Shown: positions 54,101-64,000 of the stretch, piece after piece | Layout: each line of letters starts with the position of its first letter | How positions within the stretch are numbered: position 1 is the first letter of the stretch | Assembly (NCBI GenBank): GCA_051294375.1 | Contig: CM119266.1 | Location: 1,617,554-1,681,553 of the forward strand | Direction of reading: 5' to 3' | Length of the DNA stretch: 64,000 nt | Origin: Paraspadella gotoi | Lineage: Eukaryota > Animalia > Chaetognatha | The notes under the pieces: model-generated | Told to the model about the DNA's origin: nothing | Databases searched by the model: none | The model's input: only the letters and a program-made list of their open reading frames with translations | Translations under genes and position numbers: made by a program

Positions 54101-55490
54101 CCTTGGTTTTACTGAGACACAAAGGTGAAACCAAAGTGGATTTTATTTCTTTAGAAAATGGTCAATAATAAAAGACGGTGCCAATTTTCGGGGCAGAGTA
54201 AATCAATACAGATTTGGTTCAAATTTATACAGTTCCATCGGATCGGAGGTAAGGGTAAAAATCAGCGGCGGATGGAAGCCTATCCGATCATTGGCCGGTG
54301 CCATTTGTCTCTTGACCCATGAGAAAGTTCCATTCTGGTTCCGGCGGATTTCACCCGAGTCGTTGACCCGATTTCGTTTCTGGAGACTTGATTCCTCTGC
54401 CATGCACTCGTATGCAAAAAAAAAAAGGTGCCAGTTTATAACTTTATATTCCAGACGCTCTATAAAAATATTTAAAAATTCATATAAGCAAAGGAAAGTT
54501 TTTAGCCGGATCTATATATAGCAGATTATGGCTCTGATTCATTTTATCGCTCTATCGGTCCAACCGAAAAAAACTTGTCGGTAAGTTATTTAAACCATTT
54601 CAAATTAATCAAATTATAATAATAATTTAAGCAAAAAAAAAATGATGTCCGTCTCTGTCAGTCCCACCTTAGTTTTAATCGTAATTACTCATGAGTGGAT
54701 GGGGCGATTACTTTACAATTTTTTTGTAAAGGTAGAAAAGTGTGATTGAGCTGGAAATTAAGTTTAGATGGAATCATCCGAGTAAAAATAAGCTTTTAAA
54801 AAAAAATCTATTTAAATCTTTGATTATACTTTCTCTTTATATTAAACTCATTAATAAAATTAAAAATATAAAAATTTTAAAAAAATATTAAAATGAAATT
54901 TGATAAAAATATTGGAAAAAGATGAAAAAATAATTAATTAATAATTTGATCAGTTGCATACTGCAAAATATTAAAAGGGAAAAGATTAATCTTAAATTAT
55001 ATTTTTATACCTTTAGTACGGAGCGACCGATTTTTATAAAAATTATTACTTTTTTTTAATAAATTTTATTTTATATAACGATTTTTTTAAAAACTTAAGT
55101 AATAAGTATATAGGGTGATATAAAGTGGCGCGATTTTTTGAAACTGGCTTTAACGTAACTGACTTTTTCTACAAAACTTTATCAACACCCCTATTTAACT
55201 TTATTTTTCTTGCTCACAATTTCACTGACCCTTTTTCTCACCCTATCCAGAATCAACTGATTCTCTTGGACATAATTGACAACCTCATTTGCATCTCCAA
55301 GCGGACGAACCAATTCGGCAACATGATCTTCGACATCGAGGATTGCGGCGGACTGGACAAGATAGAGCAGCTTCTGTCCTCCGAAAACGACGAAGTCTTC
55401 GACGCCGCCACGGATATCATCGAGCAGCATTTCACAGAGAACGAAGAGAACCAAAAGAATAACACGTCCTACTTCGTTCTGAAAGACTGA
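51184..55490 (+). CDS. Divergent importin-alpha (karyopherin alpha), join(51184..52222,52673..52989,53451..53651,53899..54030,55251..55490), ~642 aa
   Basis: All junctions are GT-AG and in phase. IBB-like MRQRHSDVLIELRKLRRSVQLLERR, ARM repeats (VADAGAIPRLV, GPDYRDMVLRSGALPPML) and C-terminal IEDCGGLDKIEQLLSSENDEVFDAATDIIEQHF. Confidence 0.9.
53013..53258 (+). repeat. Single copy of the repeat that is arrayed at 29177-29953, in importin intron 2
   Basis: High identity from ATGAAATTGGTACAACC to CAATTGTATGAAA. Confidence 0.9.
54499..54850 (+). mobile_element. HINE/DINE-1-like element, copy 4 (degenerate, opposite orientation)
   Basis: TTTTAGCCGGATCT..GCAGATT, GTCCGTCT microsatellite remnant and reverse-complemented core. 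Confidence 0.6.
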
Positions 55491-56631
55491 AAGACTTTTA
55501 AAAGTTTGAAAAGTTGATTTTATCGTTTGGGTAGGGGGGGATTGAATTGTTTTGAACGTTGTTTGTTGACTTTTTAGAAATTCGTTGCTGTTAAACGAAG
55601 AAACTATTTGTTAAAACGTTTCAAGAGATTGTTTAAAAATAAACATCAGTTGATTGTAATTACTTTATTTATTTCTATAACATGAGCGAGCAAAGCCTGA
55701 TTTATACAGAAATCAAAGAAAAGTTACAAAGCCATTAATCTACAAGCCCCAGCCGATAATAGTTAGAATTCTTTGCGTAGGAAAGTAGCCAGAAAATTGT
55801 TAGATTTTAATAAAATGACGGAAGTATCAACGGAAGTACAGCGAAAAAACTAGTGCAAACCTCTAAGGCTTAGCCTCAGACCTGAGGTTAAAACTCTGCA
55901 AAAAAAATATGTGCTAGATAGTACCCTCAATTGTGCTAAAAATAGCCGATTTTTTTTACTATGCTGAATATGCCAATTTCTTTTAGATAAGTTAATGCAA
56001 AACTGTTTCGAGAAATTATTATTATTAGAGCTTATGAAAAATCATTTAAAAAGACGAAAAAATTATACTTTTGTGAATTTCTTAAGCGACGAGCCATATA
56101 TAACCGGTCAAGTCCTGTAAAACAAAGGTATTTCACAGCAGCAATTATCAAACTGACGCCATAGTGTCTTGCACTTGTAAAGTTGCTTACAGAATTACAC
56201 AAGCGTCTCAGAGTAAAATCGGTATTAAACCAATACTTTGGGAACGGAGTGCTAGCATTTAAACAAAGCCAGTCTCAAACAATTGTAGAGGGAATTAATA
56301 TGATGGGTAACTTTACTATTCGACGTCCGCAACCAACCACAACCTTCACTCTAATGTAATATTTTTTTAGTTGAAAAAAAGGTTAAATTATACTTTCGCC
56401 GACCGCGTTTTGGCGGCTTATTTAAAAAAATAAATATTATTTAATTACTTTAACCCTAAACCCTTTTAACCCTAATTACCCCTAACCACCCTTAACCCTA
56501 AACCATTCTTAAACTACCCTTAACTCTAACCCTTACCTAACCCCGATCGACTAAAGTAAAAATAATCCGAAAAAATGATATTATTCTGGTGGTCCTATCA
56601 CCACAGATGGATTAAAGCTGTTTCTTTCACA

Positions 56632-56858
56632 GCGCCTCAGTTGCTCAGTGGACTAATGCACAATGTGCGTCCCTGGTTCGAGCCCTGAGGTTGTCATGTA
56701 GAAAGTGGGATGGACCGGGTAACCCGCCTGTAGGCATGGGCCTACTGTCAGATCCAAAGCTCTGGACTACATGAACATGCTGTCTCGCTGTCGCCACGAG
56801 GTGACACCGCTGCGGGTGTGGCGCCCTGTAAAACCAGCCTATTCATTATCATATATTT
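56632..56858 (+). ncRNA. Unit A: tRNA-like Pol III head (56632-56693), putative P5-type twister ribozyme (56694-56774) and tail ending at TTTT
   Basis: A box TTGCTCAGTGG, B box GGTTCGAGCCC, acceptor GCCTCAG/CTGAGGT. Twister: P5 TCATGTAG/CTACATGA, GA-TGG, T|AA at 56720/56721, GCC, P3 GTAGGC/GCCTAC, P4 TCAGA/TCTGG, loop TCCAAAGC. Confidence 0.72.
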
Positions 56859-56891
56859 TATGGTGGACTAAAATCCACCAACCGTTCATCA

Positions 56892-57092
56892 GCGGCCATT
56901 GGTGCCGGAGGCAAGTCATTCGCCTCCCAACCCAAAGGTCCGGGGTTCTAGCCCGGTGGTCGTCTGGCAGTTAAGAGGAACGGGGCGCTTAACCCGCCTG
57001 TAACATGGTGTTACAGCCTGATCCGAAGCTCAGGGACTGCTTATATTGAACAGTTCTGTCATTAACACTTATCAATAATTACTGTCTCTTCA
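56892..57092 (+). ncRNA. Unit B: tRNA-Gly(CCC)-like head (56892-56963) and putative P5-type twister ribozyme (56966-57041)
   Basis: Acceptor GCGGCCA/TGGTCGT, TCGCCT-CCC-AA, GGTTCTAGCCC. Twister: P5 GGCAGTT/GACTGCT, CGG, T|AA at 56990/56991, GCC, P3 TGTAACA/TGTTACA, P4 CCTGA/TCAGG, loop TCCGAAGC. Confidence 0.68.
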
Positions 57093-57875
57093 TTGGTGAG
57101 CCCGACTTCCGAACACAACAGCAACAACAACACTTTCAGGTGACATGCCTCAACCTGGCGATGCACTTTCCGCCCACAACACATCAGGCGACATGCCTCA
57201 ACTTGGTGATGAACTTTCCACCAACAACAACAATTCACAGAAGAGACGCAACAGACTTATCAATAATATCAATAATTACTGTCTCTTCAATTTTATATTA
57301 TTTGTTTAAATTTATTTTAATTATTATTTTTGTTATATTATAGTTAAATTAAATTAAGGGTAATTAGAGATTAAGAGTAATTAGGGTTTAAGGTTAGTTT
57401 AGGGATTTTTTAAAATAACATTTGTAATAAAAACTTTTTTTATATTTTTGTGTAACGAGATTTCTATACATCATTCATAAACAAACAAAAAAATAACCGA
57501 CAACAAAATCCCGGTCGGCGTATATAGGGGCAAGATAGCTTATTTATTAAATGAATGGATAATTTTTATATTGGTTGTACCAATTTCATAAAAATAAGCC
57601 AATATGATTGTTATCAAAGAAGTAAAAAATAAAATAAGCAAATAGCATATTTTAATACAAATTTAAATTGCCACAGAAGAGTTTTTCATAATTTATTCAA
57701 TGCTGTAGATTCGAAAACCTTGTCTTTTTTTTTTACATTTTTTTACAGGCCAAACGGTCAGAAATTATGCCAGATCTGACACACAGTATGCTAAGTTTAA
57801 ACCAGAGTCTTAGTCTTTTGTTCAATTTTTTGTGACAATCCGTAATTCTCTGCGCCCCCGAATTGCCGTGCTTTC

Positions 57876-57913
57876 ATTGGTCGAAATTTCGTAGAAGCTA
57901 CTCTTTTTATTGG
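57876..57913 (+). promoter_or_regulatory. Two inverted CCAAT boxes 33 bp apart upstream of SAP30BP (possible NF-Y promoter)
   Basis: ATTGG at 57876 and 57909, ~130-165 bp before the ATG. Confidence 0.3.
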
Positions 57914-58039
57914 TGAAAAGCATCAGCAGGCAACAGCTCAGGTACGATCGTTATATTCGTAAACTGTCTTCGATTCTCATGCATTCTCAATAATCAAAGA
58001 AAAAATAATCAAAGAAATAAAACATTAATCAATACCGTT

Positions 58040-59197
58040 ATGGCGCTCGTGTCTGCCCAATATTCTGACTCTGAGGGAGAACTAAGCGACGGAGGGCAAC
58101 GTGATGTCAACGACGATGACTATTTTAGCGATGCCCCAGCCTCTGCTCTCCGCCGTGATCCTTCCATTCTCCCCTTTGCTCATCTCTCCGCCGAAAACCA
58201 ACCCTCGGGGGGCAGCAGCGGCCACAACACGCCACCCCCTCCGCCACGTGGGGGCCGCGCCCCGTCGGGATCTCCGGACGCGATTCCGGCCTCGCTTCTC
58301 GGCAGCCGTCAGCCGAGCCCCAAGTCCGGTGGGACGGACTCGCCACTCGTTCGCCTCATGCCAACACAGCGGCTCAAATCTCACGGCCTCTCTGGACTCG
58401 TCTCTTATCCCGGGGAGGAGGAAGAGGAGGAAGATGATCCTGACAATTACGAAGTCTACGATGATTACAAGGAGAAAGAGAACGAGCCTGAGAAAAGAGG
58501 ACTCGACGAGGGACTCGTTCCCGACTACATGGATCTCTCCTCTGCCAATATGAGCGTAATGGTCGTTGAAGCCGCCCCACCCGCAGAAGGTGATTCCAAT
58601 TCCTACGCCGACACCTCCGCAATCCCGCCCGAACCTCAGGGCCGCTGCTCAAAAGCGCTACAGGAAAATATCGCCCTGAAGTATGAGCGGTATCTACGTG
58701 AGGAAATGGACTACAACAAAGCTATTCAACGCAAAAAAGAATTCAAAAATCCATCCATTTATGAAAAACTCATCGAGTTGACCGGGATTTACGAATTCGG
58801 CACCAACTATCCGGCTCAAGTATACGACCCCCATTTTTGGGGGGATCAGGCTTCCTATGAAGATTTGGCCAAAGCGCAAAAAGTTGAGATGGACAAACGC
58901 GAAGAAAAGCGAAGGGGGGAAGGTGCCAGAGCTAAAGTGGAATTCGTTTCAGGCACTGCTAGAAAACCAACTTCATCTTCCACCATTGCTGACACTGATA
59001 GCAAAGAGAAAAAGCGGAAAAGCAAATGGGATCAAGGCGCCGTTGATGGAGCGTTGGCTGCGTCGTCGGCGTCGTCGTTGTCCCTAACTGATGTCCCGGT
59101 CGCAGTGACGTCCTCGAGTGTTCTTCCCGTGGCGTCCGGTACGAAGACGACCGTTATCTCTGCTGTTGGAGGCCTCTCAAAAAAGACTAAGTCTTAA
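58040..59197 (+). CDS. SAP30BP: SAP30-binding protein (HCNGP family), intronless, 385 aa
   Basis: [66 protein letters not shown]. Confidence 0.93.
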   Translation: MALVSAQYSDSEGELSDGGQRDVNDDDYFSDAPASALRRDPSILPFAHLSAENQPSGGSSGHNTPPPPPRGGRAPSGSPDAIPASLLGSRQPSPKSGGTDSPLVRLMPTQRLKSHGLSGLVSYPGEEEEEEDDPDNYEVYDDYKEKENEPEKRGLDEGLVPDYMDLSSANMSVMVVEAAPPAEGDSNSYADTSAIPPEPQGRCSKALQENIALKYERYLREEMDYNKAIQRKKEFKNPSIYEKLIELTGIYEFGTNYPAQVYDPHFWGDQASYEDLAKAQKVEMDKREEKRRGEGARAKVEFVSGTARKPTSSSTIADTDSKEKKRKSKWDQGAVDGALAASSASSLSLTDVPVAVTSSSVLPVASGTKTTVISAVGGLSKKTKS

Positions 59198-59205
59198 GAA
59201 TATTC

Positions 59206-59396
59206 GCTATTCGTCGCCTGCTCCGACGTGGCGGCGTCAAACGTATCTCTAGTCTCATCTACGAAGAACCCCTTGGCGTCCTCAAGGTCTTCCTCGAGAA
59301 CGTCATCAGAGACGCCGTCACCAACAACAGCAACACTAAAAGAAGGACCGTCACGGCCATGCACCTGCTCTACGCCCTCACGGCTTCGGTGGCTAA
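59206..59396 (+). pseudogene. 5'-truncated histone H4 pseudogene
   Basis: [54 protein letters not shown]-terminus is missing, with a 1-nt deletion, loss of KRQGRTLY and several substitutions. Confidence 0.93.
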
Positions 59397-59420
59397 GAAA
59401 TCACCAAGACTTTCCAACCC

Positions 59421-59464
59421 CAAAGGCCCTTTTTAGGGCCTCTATTTTCCTCTCAAAAGAATTG
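59421..59464 (+). terminator. Histone 3' stem-loop and histone downstream element-like purine tract
   Basis: CAAA-GGCCCT-TTTT-AGGGCC at 59421-59440 and AAAAGAATTG at 59455-59464. Confidence 0.85.
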
Positions 59465-59624
59465 TCTAACTTATTGTACCCAAATGCAATCAGAGAGCTC
59501 TTGGCGGATTTTATCCTAATCGCGGGTCAGATTCCATCTGCGATGCTATAGATAAATATCCATCAGTGTTTTGTATAAAACTAATTGTAAACAATTTTGA
59601 GTCTTGGTTTTTTTTTAGGTTATA

Positions 59625-60375
59625 CAGAGGTTGGACCCTATATCGAGACAAAACTTAACGTCCTGCCCTGTCTGAATGATTTGTTACGCAATGATACAAT
59701 GAGTGTCAAGTTTTTTTGGGCTTTTTACTTTGATATACAATGAAAAAAAATTTAAGCAACTACAAGGCATCGTGGTTGTTTTTAAAACATTGTCGTTTTT
59801 ATGCGCGCGCATTGTATTGCATACGATAAAAGCCATACTTATTAATATTTTTTAGTGGTTGTTTTCTGAACATACAGTGTTATATCTTATCTTCAATTCA
59901 CCTGATTTTAAGCTTTTCATTACTATCCAATTAAACATTTTTTTAGGTAAGTAAAAAAAACAAATCTTACCTTTTTGACGCTTTTATTATGCATTAAGAA
60001 ATCTTAGTAATTATTAGGTAACTTACCCAAATCTTACCTGTTTACTTTAAAAATGTTTTAACCAAAATACCATGTACACCTTGCCAGAATCATTATTATA
60101 CACAAATATGTATTTCAAAATATTTTTAATTTTTATATATTAAAATGAGATATAACACTAAATTTCAAACATTTTTTTTTACAAATCGCTTGGATAAAAC
60201 CGAGCAGTTGTTTTTGCTGCATCAAAGCATACCATCAAAGAATTTTAAAACAATTAATATATTGTTTAAAAGCTAAGAGATAGTACTATACCAATATTAA
60301 TTCAGATTTTAAAAATCATTAAGATCTTTAGAATAATGATTTTTAAAATTTTGTCCGATATAGGGTCCCACCCTG
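59625..60375. mobile_element. Tc1/mariner-type MITE with TA TSD
   Basis: TA|CAGAGGTTGGACCCTATATCGAGACAAAA ... TTTTGTCCGATATAGGGTCCCACCCTG|TA. Confidence 0.8.
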
Positions 60376-61484
60376 TATATTTACACATATTACAGAATCA
60401 AGGAAACGTATTTCTGAAAGTGAAGACATACCTCTCGCCCCCTTTTTAAAACTCATTTGCAGACTTGTGTACATATCATATTTTGTTTGTTTTCTGTAAT
60501 TCAACCTTGTTGCATTCGAATAAAACGCTTATAAATAATTAGTGTCTCAAGCGTACTGTCACTTTACAAATGTCAAATTGGTGATTATCAATTTGATAGA
60601 ACCACCGGAGAGATAAGTTCATACAGTTTCTTTTGGTAGCTATATTATCACTTTTATTTTTATAGATACAATGCAAAGTTCAAATGAAGGGGAATTTTGT
60701 TTTGACAGTTGATCAAAAGATTTTGGTGAAATTTATAATGTAGTCCTGCTTTTGGTTACAAATATAATTCTACATATTATATTATTGTAGGCCACTGTTT
60801 ATAGGGCTTTGACTAAGAATTTTGTGAATTTGGAATGATTGACGATGATGATGATGATTTCAGAAAAGAAGATTCAAAGAATTATTATGAACACTCATTT
60901 AAGTTTATCTTCAGGAAACTGATAAAAGCTTCAAATTTAGTATCCTATGATTCAGCATATGATGCATAGATGCATTGAGTACATTCTACTGCTAAAACTA
61001 TTTTCCAGATGACTGCAGCTCACAAGCATTGCTAAAATAATAATAATAATGTAATTGGCTCTGTCAAACCAGCTGAATATCTGTAACAATCTTTCAATTA
61101 AAACTAATCAAATACCCTCAAATCCGGAAGGACAATGGTGAAATTCTATTAGGAAAGGCCTGTGACCTTCACTTTACAATGGCGACGTATTATTATATAA
61201 CTAAAGTTTTTTTTAAAAAAAATTTAGGTAATTGGAAAGAATATTTTAAAATTGTTAAAAGTATTTTCGACATTGGCTGATAAAATGTGATATAGAGGGT
61301 TAGAGGGTCTCGTGCTTCAAGCCCGGCCGGCATCGCCCACATTAATCCCCCTCGAACAAGTTTAGATTTTAAAAATAAATATATAAAACTAAGAACTTCT
61401 GGATCCAAGGAGTACAGTAAATGCATTTTTTATAACTGTACTGATTCACTGTATTCATTTGTACAGTAACAGTACGCTTGAGAC

Positions 61485-61580
61485 ACTATTTAATTAATTA
61501 TGAATTAGTGACAAACCGTTCAATATCAGCAGTCCCTGAGCTTCGGATCAGGTTGTAACACAATGTTAAGGCGGGTTTAA
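61485..61580 (-). mobile_element. 5'-truncated dispersed copy of unit B (3' part of the twister plus tail)
   Basis: The minus strand reads AACCCGCCTTAACATTGTGTTACAACCTGATCCGAAGCTCAGGGACTGCTGATATTGAAC; upstream sequence is unrelated to unit B. Confidence 0.8.
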
Positions 61581-61783
61581 AGTTAATATTATAGTTAGGT
61601 AATAAATTTCTTTTTATACCGCGAAATATTTGAGAAAAAGGTTTTGTATTTAGCACATAAAATCTCTCTAGAACATGTGACATGCTCAGTTCCCGATTAA
61701 AAATCAACGACTTGCTTTTTTTTCAATTTGTAATGTGCACTGCATTGAAAAACAATTANNNNNNNNNNNNNNNNNNNNNNNNN

Positions 61784-64000
61784 TCAGTTGCATACTGCAA
61801 AATATTAAAAGGGAAAAGATTAATCTTAAATTATATTTTTATACCTTTAGTACGGAGCGACCGATTTTTATAAAAATTATTACTTTTTTTTAATAAATTT
61901 TATATAACAATTTTTTTAAAACTTAAGTAATAAGTATTAGGGTGATATAAAGTGGCGCGATTTTTTGAAACTGGCTTTAACTAACTGACTTTTTCTACAA
62001 AACTTTATCAACACCCCTATTTAACTTTATTTTTTCTTGCTCACAATTTCACTGTCCCTTTTTCTACCCTATCCAGAATCAACTGATTCTCTTGGACATA
62101 TTGGACAACCTCATTTGCATCTCCAAGCGGACGAACCAATTCGGCAACATGATCTTCGACATCGAGGATTGCGGCGGACTGGACAAGATAGAGCAGCTTC
62201 TGTCCTCCGAAAACGACGAAGTCTTCGAACGCCGCCACGGATATCATCGAGCAGCATTTCACAGAGAACGAAGAGAACCAAAAGAATAACACGTCCTACT
62301 TCGTTCTGAAAGACTGAAAGACTTTTAAAAGTTTGAAAGTTGATTTTATCGTTTGGGTAGGGGGGGATTGAATTGTTTTGAACGTTGTTTGTTGATTTTT
62401 AGAAATTCGTTGCTGTTAAACGAAGAACTATTTGTTAAAACGTTTCAAGAGATTGTTTAAAAATAAACATCAGTTGATTGTAATTACTTTATTTATTTCT
62501 ATAACATGAGCGAGCAAAGCCTGATTTATACAGAAATCAAAGAAAAGTTACAAAGCCATTAATCTACAAGCCCCAGCCGATAATAGTTAGAATTTTTTGC
62601 GTAGGAAAGTAGCCAGAAAATATTGTTAGATTTTAATAAAATGACGGAAGTATCAACGGAAGTACAGCGAAAAAAACTAGTGCAAACCTCTAAGGCTTAG
62701 CCTCAGACTGAGGTTAAAACTCTGCAAAAAAAAATATGTGCTAGATAGTACCTCAATTGTGCTAAAAATAGCCGATTTTTTTTACTATGCTGAATATGCC
62801 AATTTCTTTTAGATAAGTTAATGCAAAACTGTTTCGAGAAATTATTATTATTAGAGCTTATGAAAAATCATTTAAAAAGACGGAAAAAATTATACTTTTG
62901 TGAATTTCTTAAGCGACGAGCCATATATAACCGGTCAAGTCCTGTAAAACAAAGGTATTTCACAGCAGCAATTATCAAACTGACGCCATAGTGTCTTGCA
63001 TTTGTAAAGTTGCTTACAGAATACACAAAGCGTCTCAGAGTAAAATCGGTATTAAACCAATACTTTGGGAACGGATTGCTAGCGTTTAAACAAAGCCAGT
63101 CTCAAACATTGTAGAGGGAATTAATATGATGGTAACGTAACTTTACTATTCGACGTCGCAACCAACCACAACCCTCACTCTAATGTAATATTTTTTTAGT
63201 TGAAAAAAAGGTTAAATTATACTTTCGGCGACCGCGTTTTGGCGGCTTTTTAAATAATTATTTAAAAATAAATATTATTTAATTACTTTAACCCTAAACC
63301 CTTTTAACCCTAATTACCCCTAACCACCCTTAACCCTAAACCATTCTTAAACTACCCTTAACTCTAACCCTTACCTAACCCCGATCGACTAAAGTAAAAA
63401 TAATCCGAAAAATGATATTATTCTGGTGGTCCTATCACCACAGATGGATTAAAGCTGTTTCTTTCACAGCGCCTCAGTTGCTCAGTGGACTAAATGCACC
63501 ATCCCAATGTGCGTCCCTGGTTCGAGCCCTGAGGTTGTCATGTAGAAAGTGGGATGGACCGGGTAACCGCCTGTAGGCATGGGCCTACTGTCAGATCCAA
63601 AGCTCTGGACTACATGAACATGCTGTCTCGCTGTCGCCACGAGGTGACACCGCTGCGGGTGTGGCGCCCTGTAAAACCAGCCTATTCATTATCATATATT
63701 TTATGGTGGACTAAAATCCACCAACCGTTCATCAGGGCCAATTGGTGCCGGAGGCAAGTCATTCGCCTCCCAACCCAAGGTCCGGGGTTCTAGCCCGGTG
63801 GTCGTCTGCAGTTAAGAGGACTGGGGCGCTTAACCCGCCTGTAACATGTGTTTACAGCCTGATCCGAAGCCAGGGACTGCTTATATTGACGGTTCTGTCA
63901 TATACACTTATTACATAATTACTGTCTCTTCAATTTTATATTATTTGTTTTAAAATTTATTTTAATTATATTTTGTTATATAATAGTTAAATTAGATTAA
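61784..64000 (+). repeat. Near-identical duplicate of ~54950-57350 (importin last exon, MITE, units A at 63469 and B at ~63735); haplotig or segmental duplication
   Basis: Collinear sequence starting right after an N-gap, with scattered 1-nt indels (importin exon frameshifted) and lacking the insertion at ~57093-57290. Confidence 0.93.

Larger units (their letters stand above)
56392..57525. mobile_element. MITE-like element with short TIRs and inverted telomere-like arms, enclosing the tRNA-twister units
   Basis: CGCCGACCGCGTTTTG (~56397) against CAAAATCCCGGTCGGCG (~57504-57520); degenerate TAACCC runs at 56450-56545 and TTAGGG-like runs at 57356-57404. Confidence 0.5.

Noticed and set aside
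56450-56545. Interstitial telomere or chromosome fusion site
   Set aside because: Repeats are short, degenerate and arranged as inverted arms of a MITE-like element.
61286-61355. CAAGCCCGG resembling twister L4/P4
   Set aside because: Lacks TAA-GCC and the pseudoknot partner; fits better as a decayed tRNA-like T arm.

Overview
AT-rich eukaryotic (metazoan, probably invertebrate) draft-assembly window with GT-AG introns, GC-rich exons, many (GA)n microsatellites, several N-gaps and frequent homopolymer indels. Genes supported: 3' part of a SOWAH-like ankyrin gene (+), a multi-exon QRICH2/C16orf96-like gene (-), a tandem pair made of a vWA-alpha-kinase (VwkA-like) and a degenerate vWA-pseudokinase paralog (+), a probable micro-exon single-pass membrane gene (-), a FAM174-like gene (-), a divergent importin-alpha (+) and intronless SAP30BP (+) followed directly by a histone H4 pseudogene that keeps its 3' stem-loop. 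Repeats include a 4.5-kb non-autonomous hAT-like element with 8-bp TSD, several Helentron/DINE-1-like (HINE) copies, a Tc1/mariner-type MITE, foldback MITEs and minisatellites. 61.8-64 kb duplicates 55.0-57.3 kb. The most notable signal is at 56.6-57.1 kb: two tandem units, each a tRNA-like Pol III head fused to a sequence that folds as a circularly permuted (P5-type), P1-less twister ribozyme, with covarying stems and pseudoknot. A third copy at ~61.5 kb is 5'-truncated about at the predicted cleavage site. All calls are by eye; no searches or folding programs were run.
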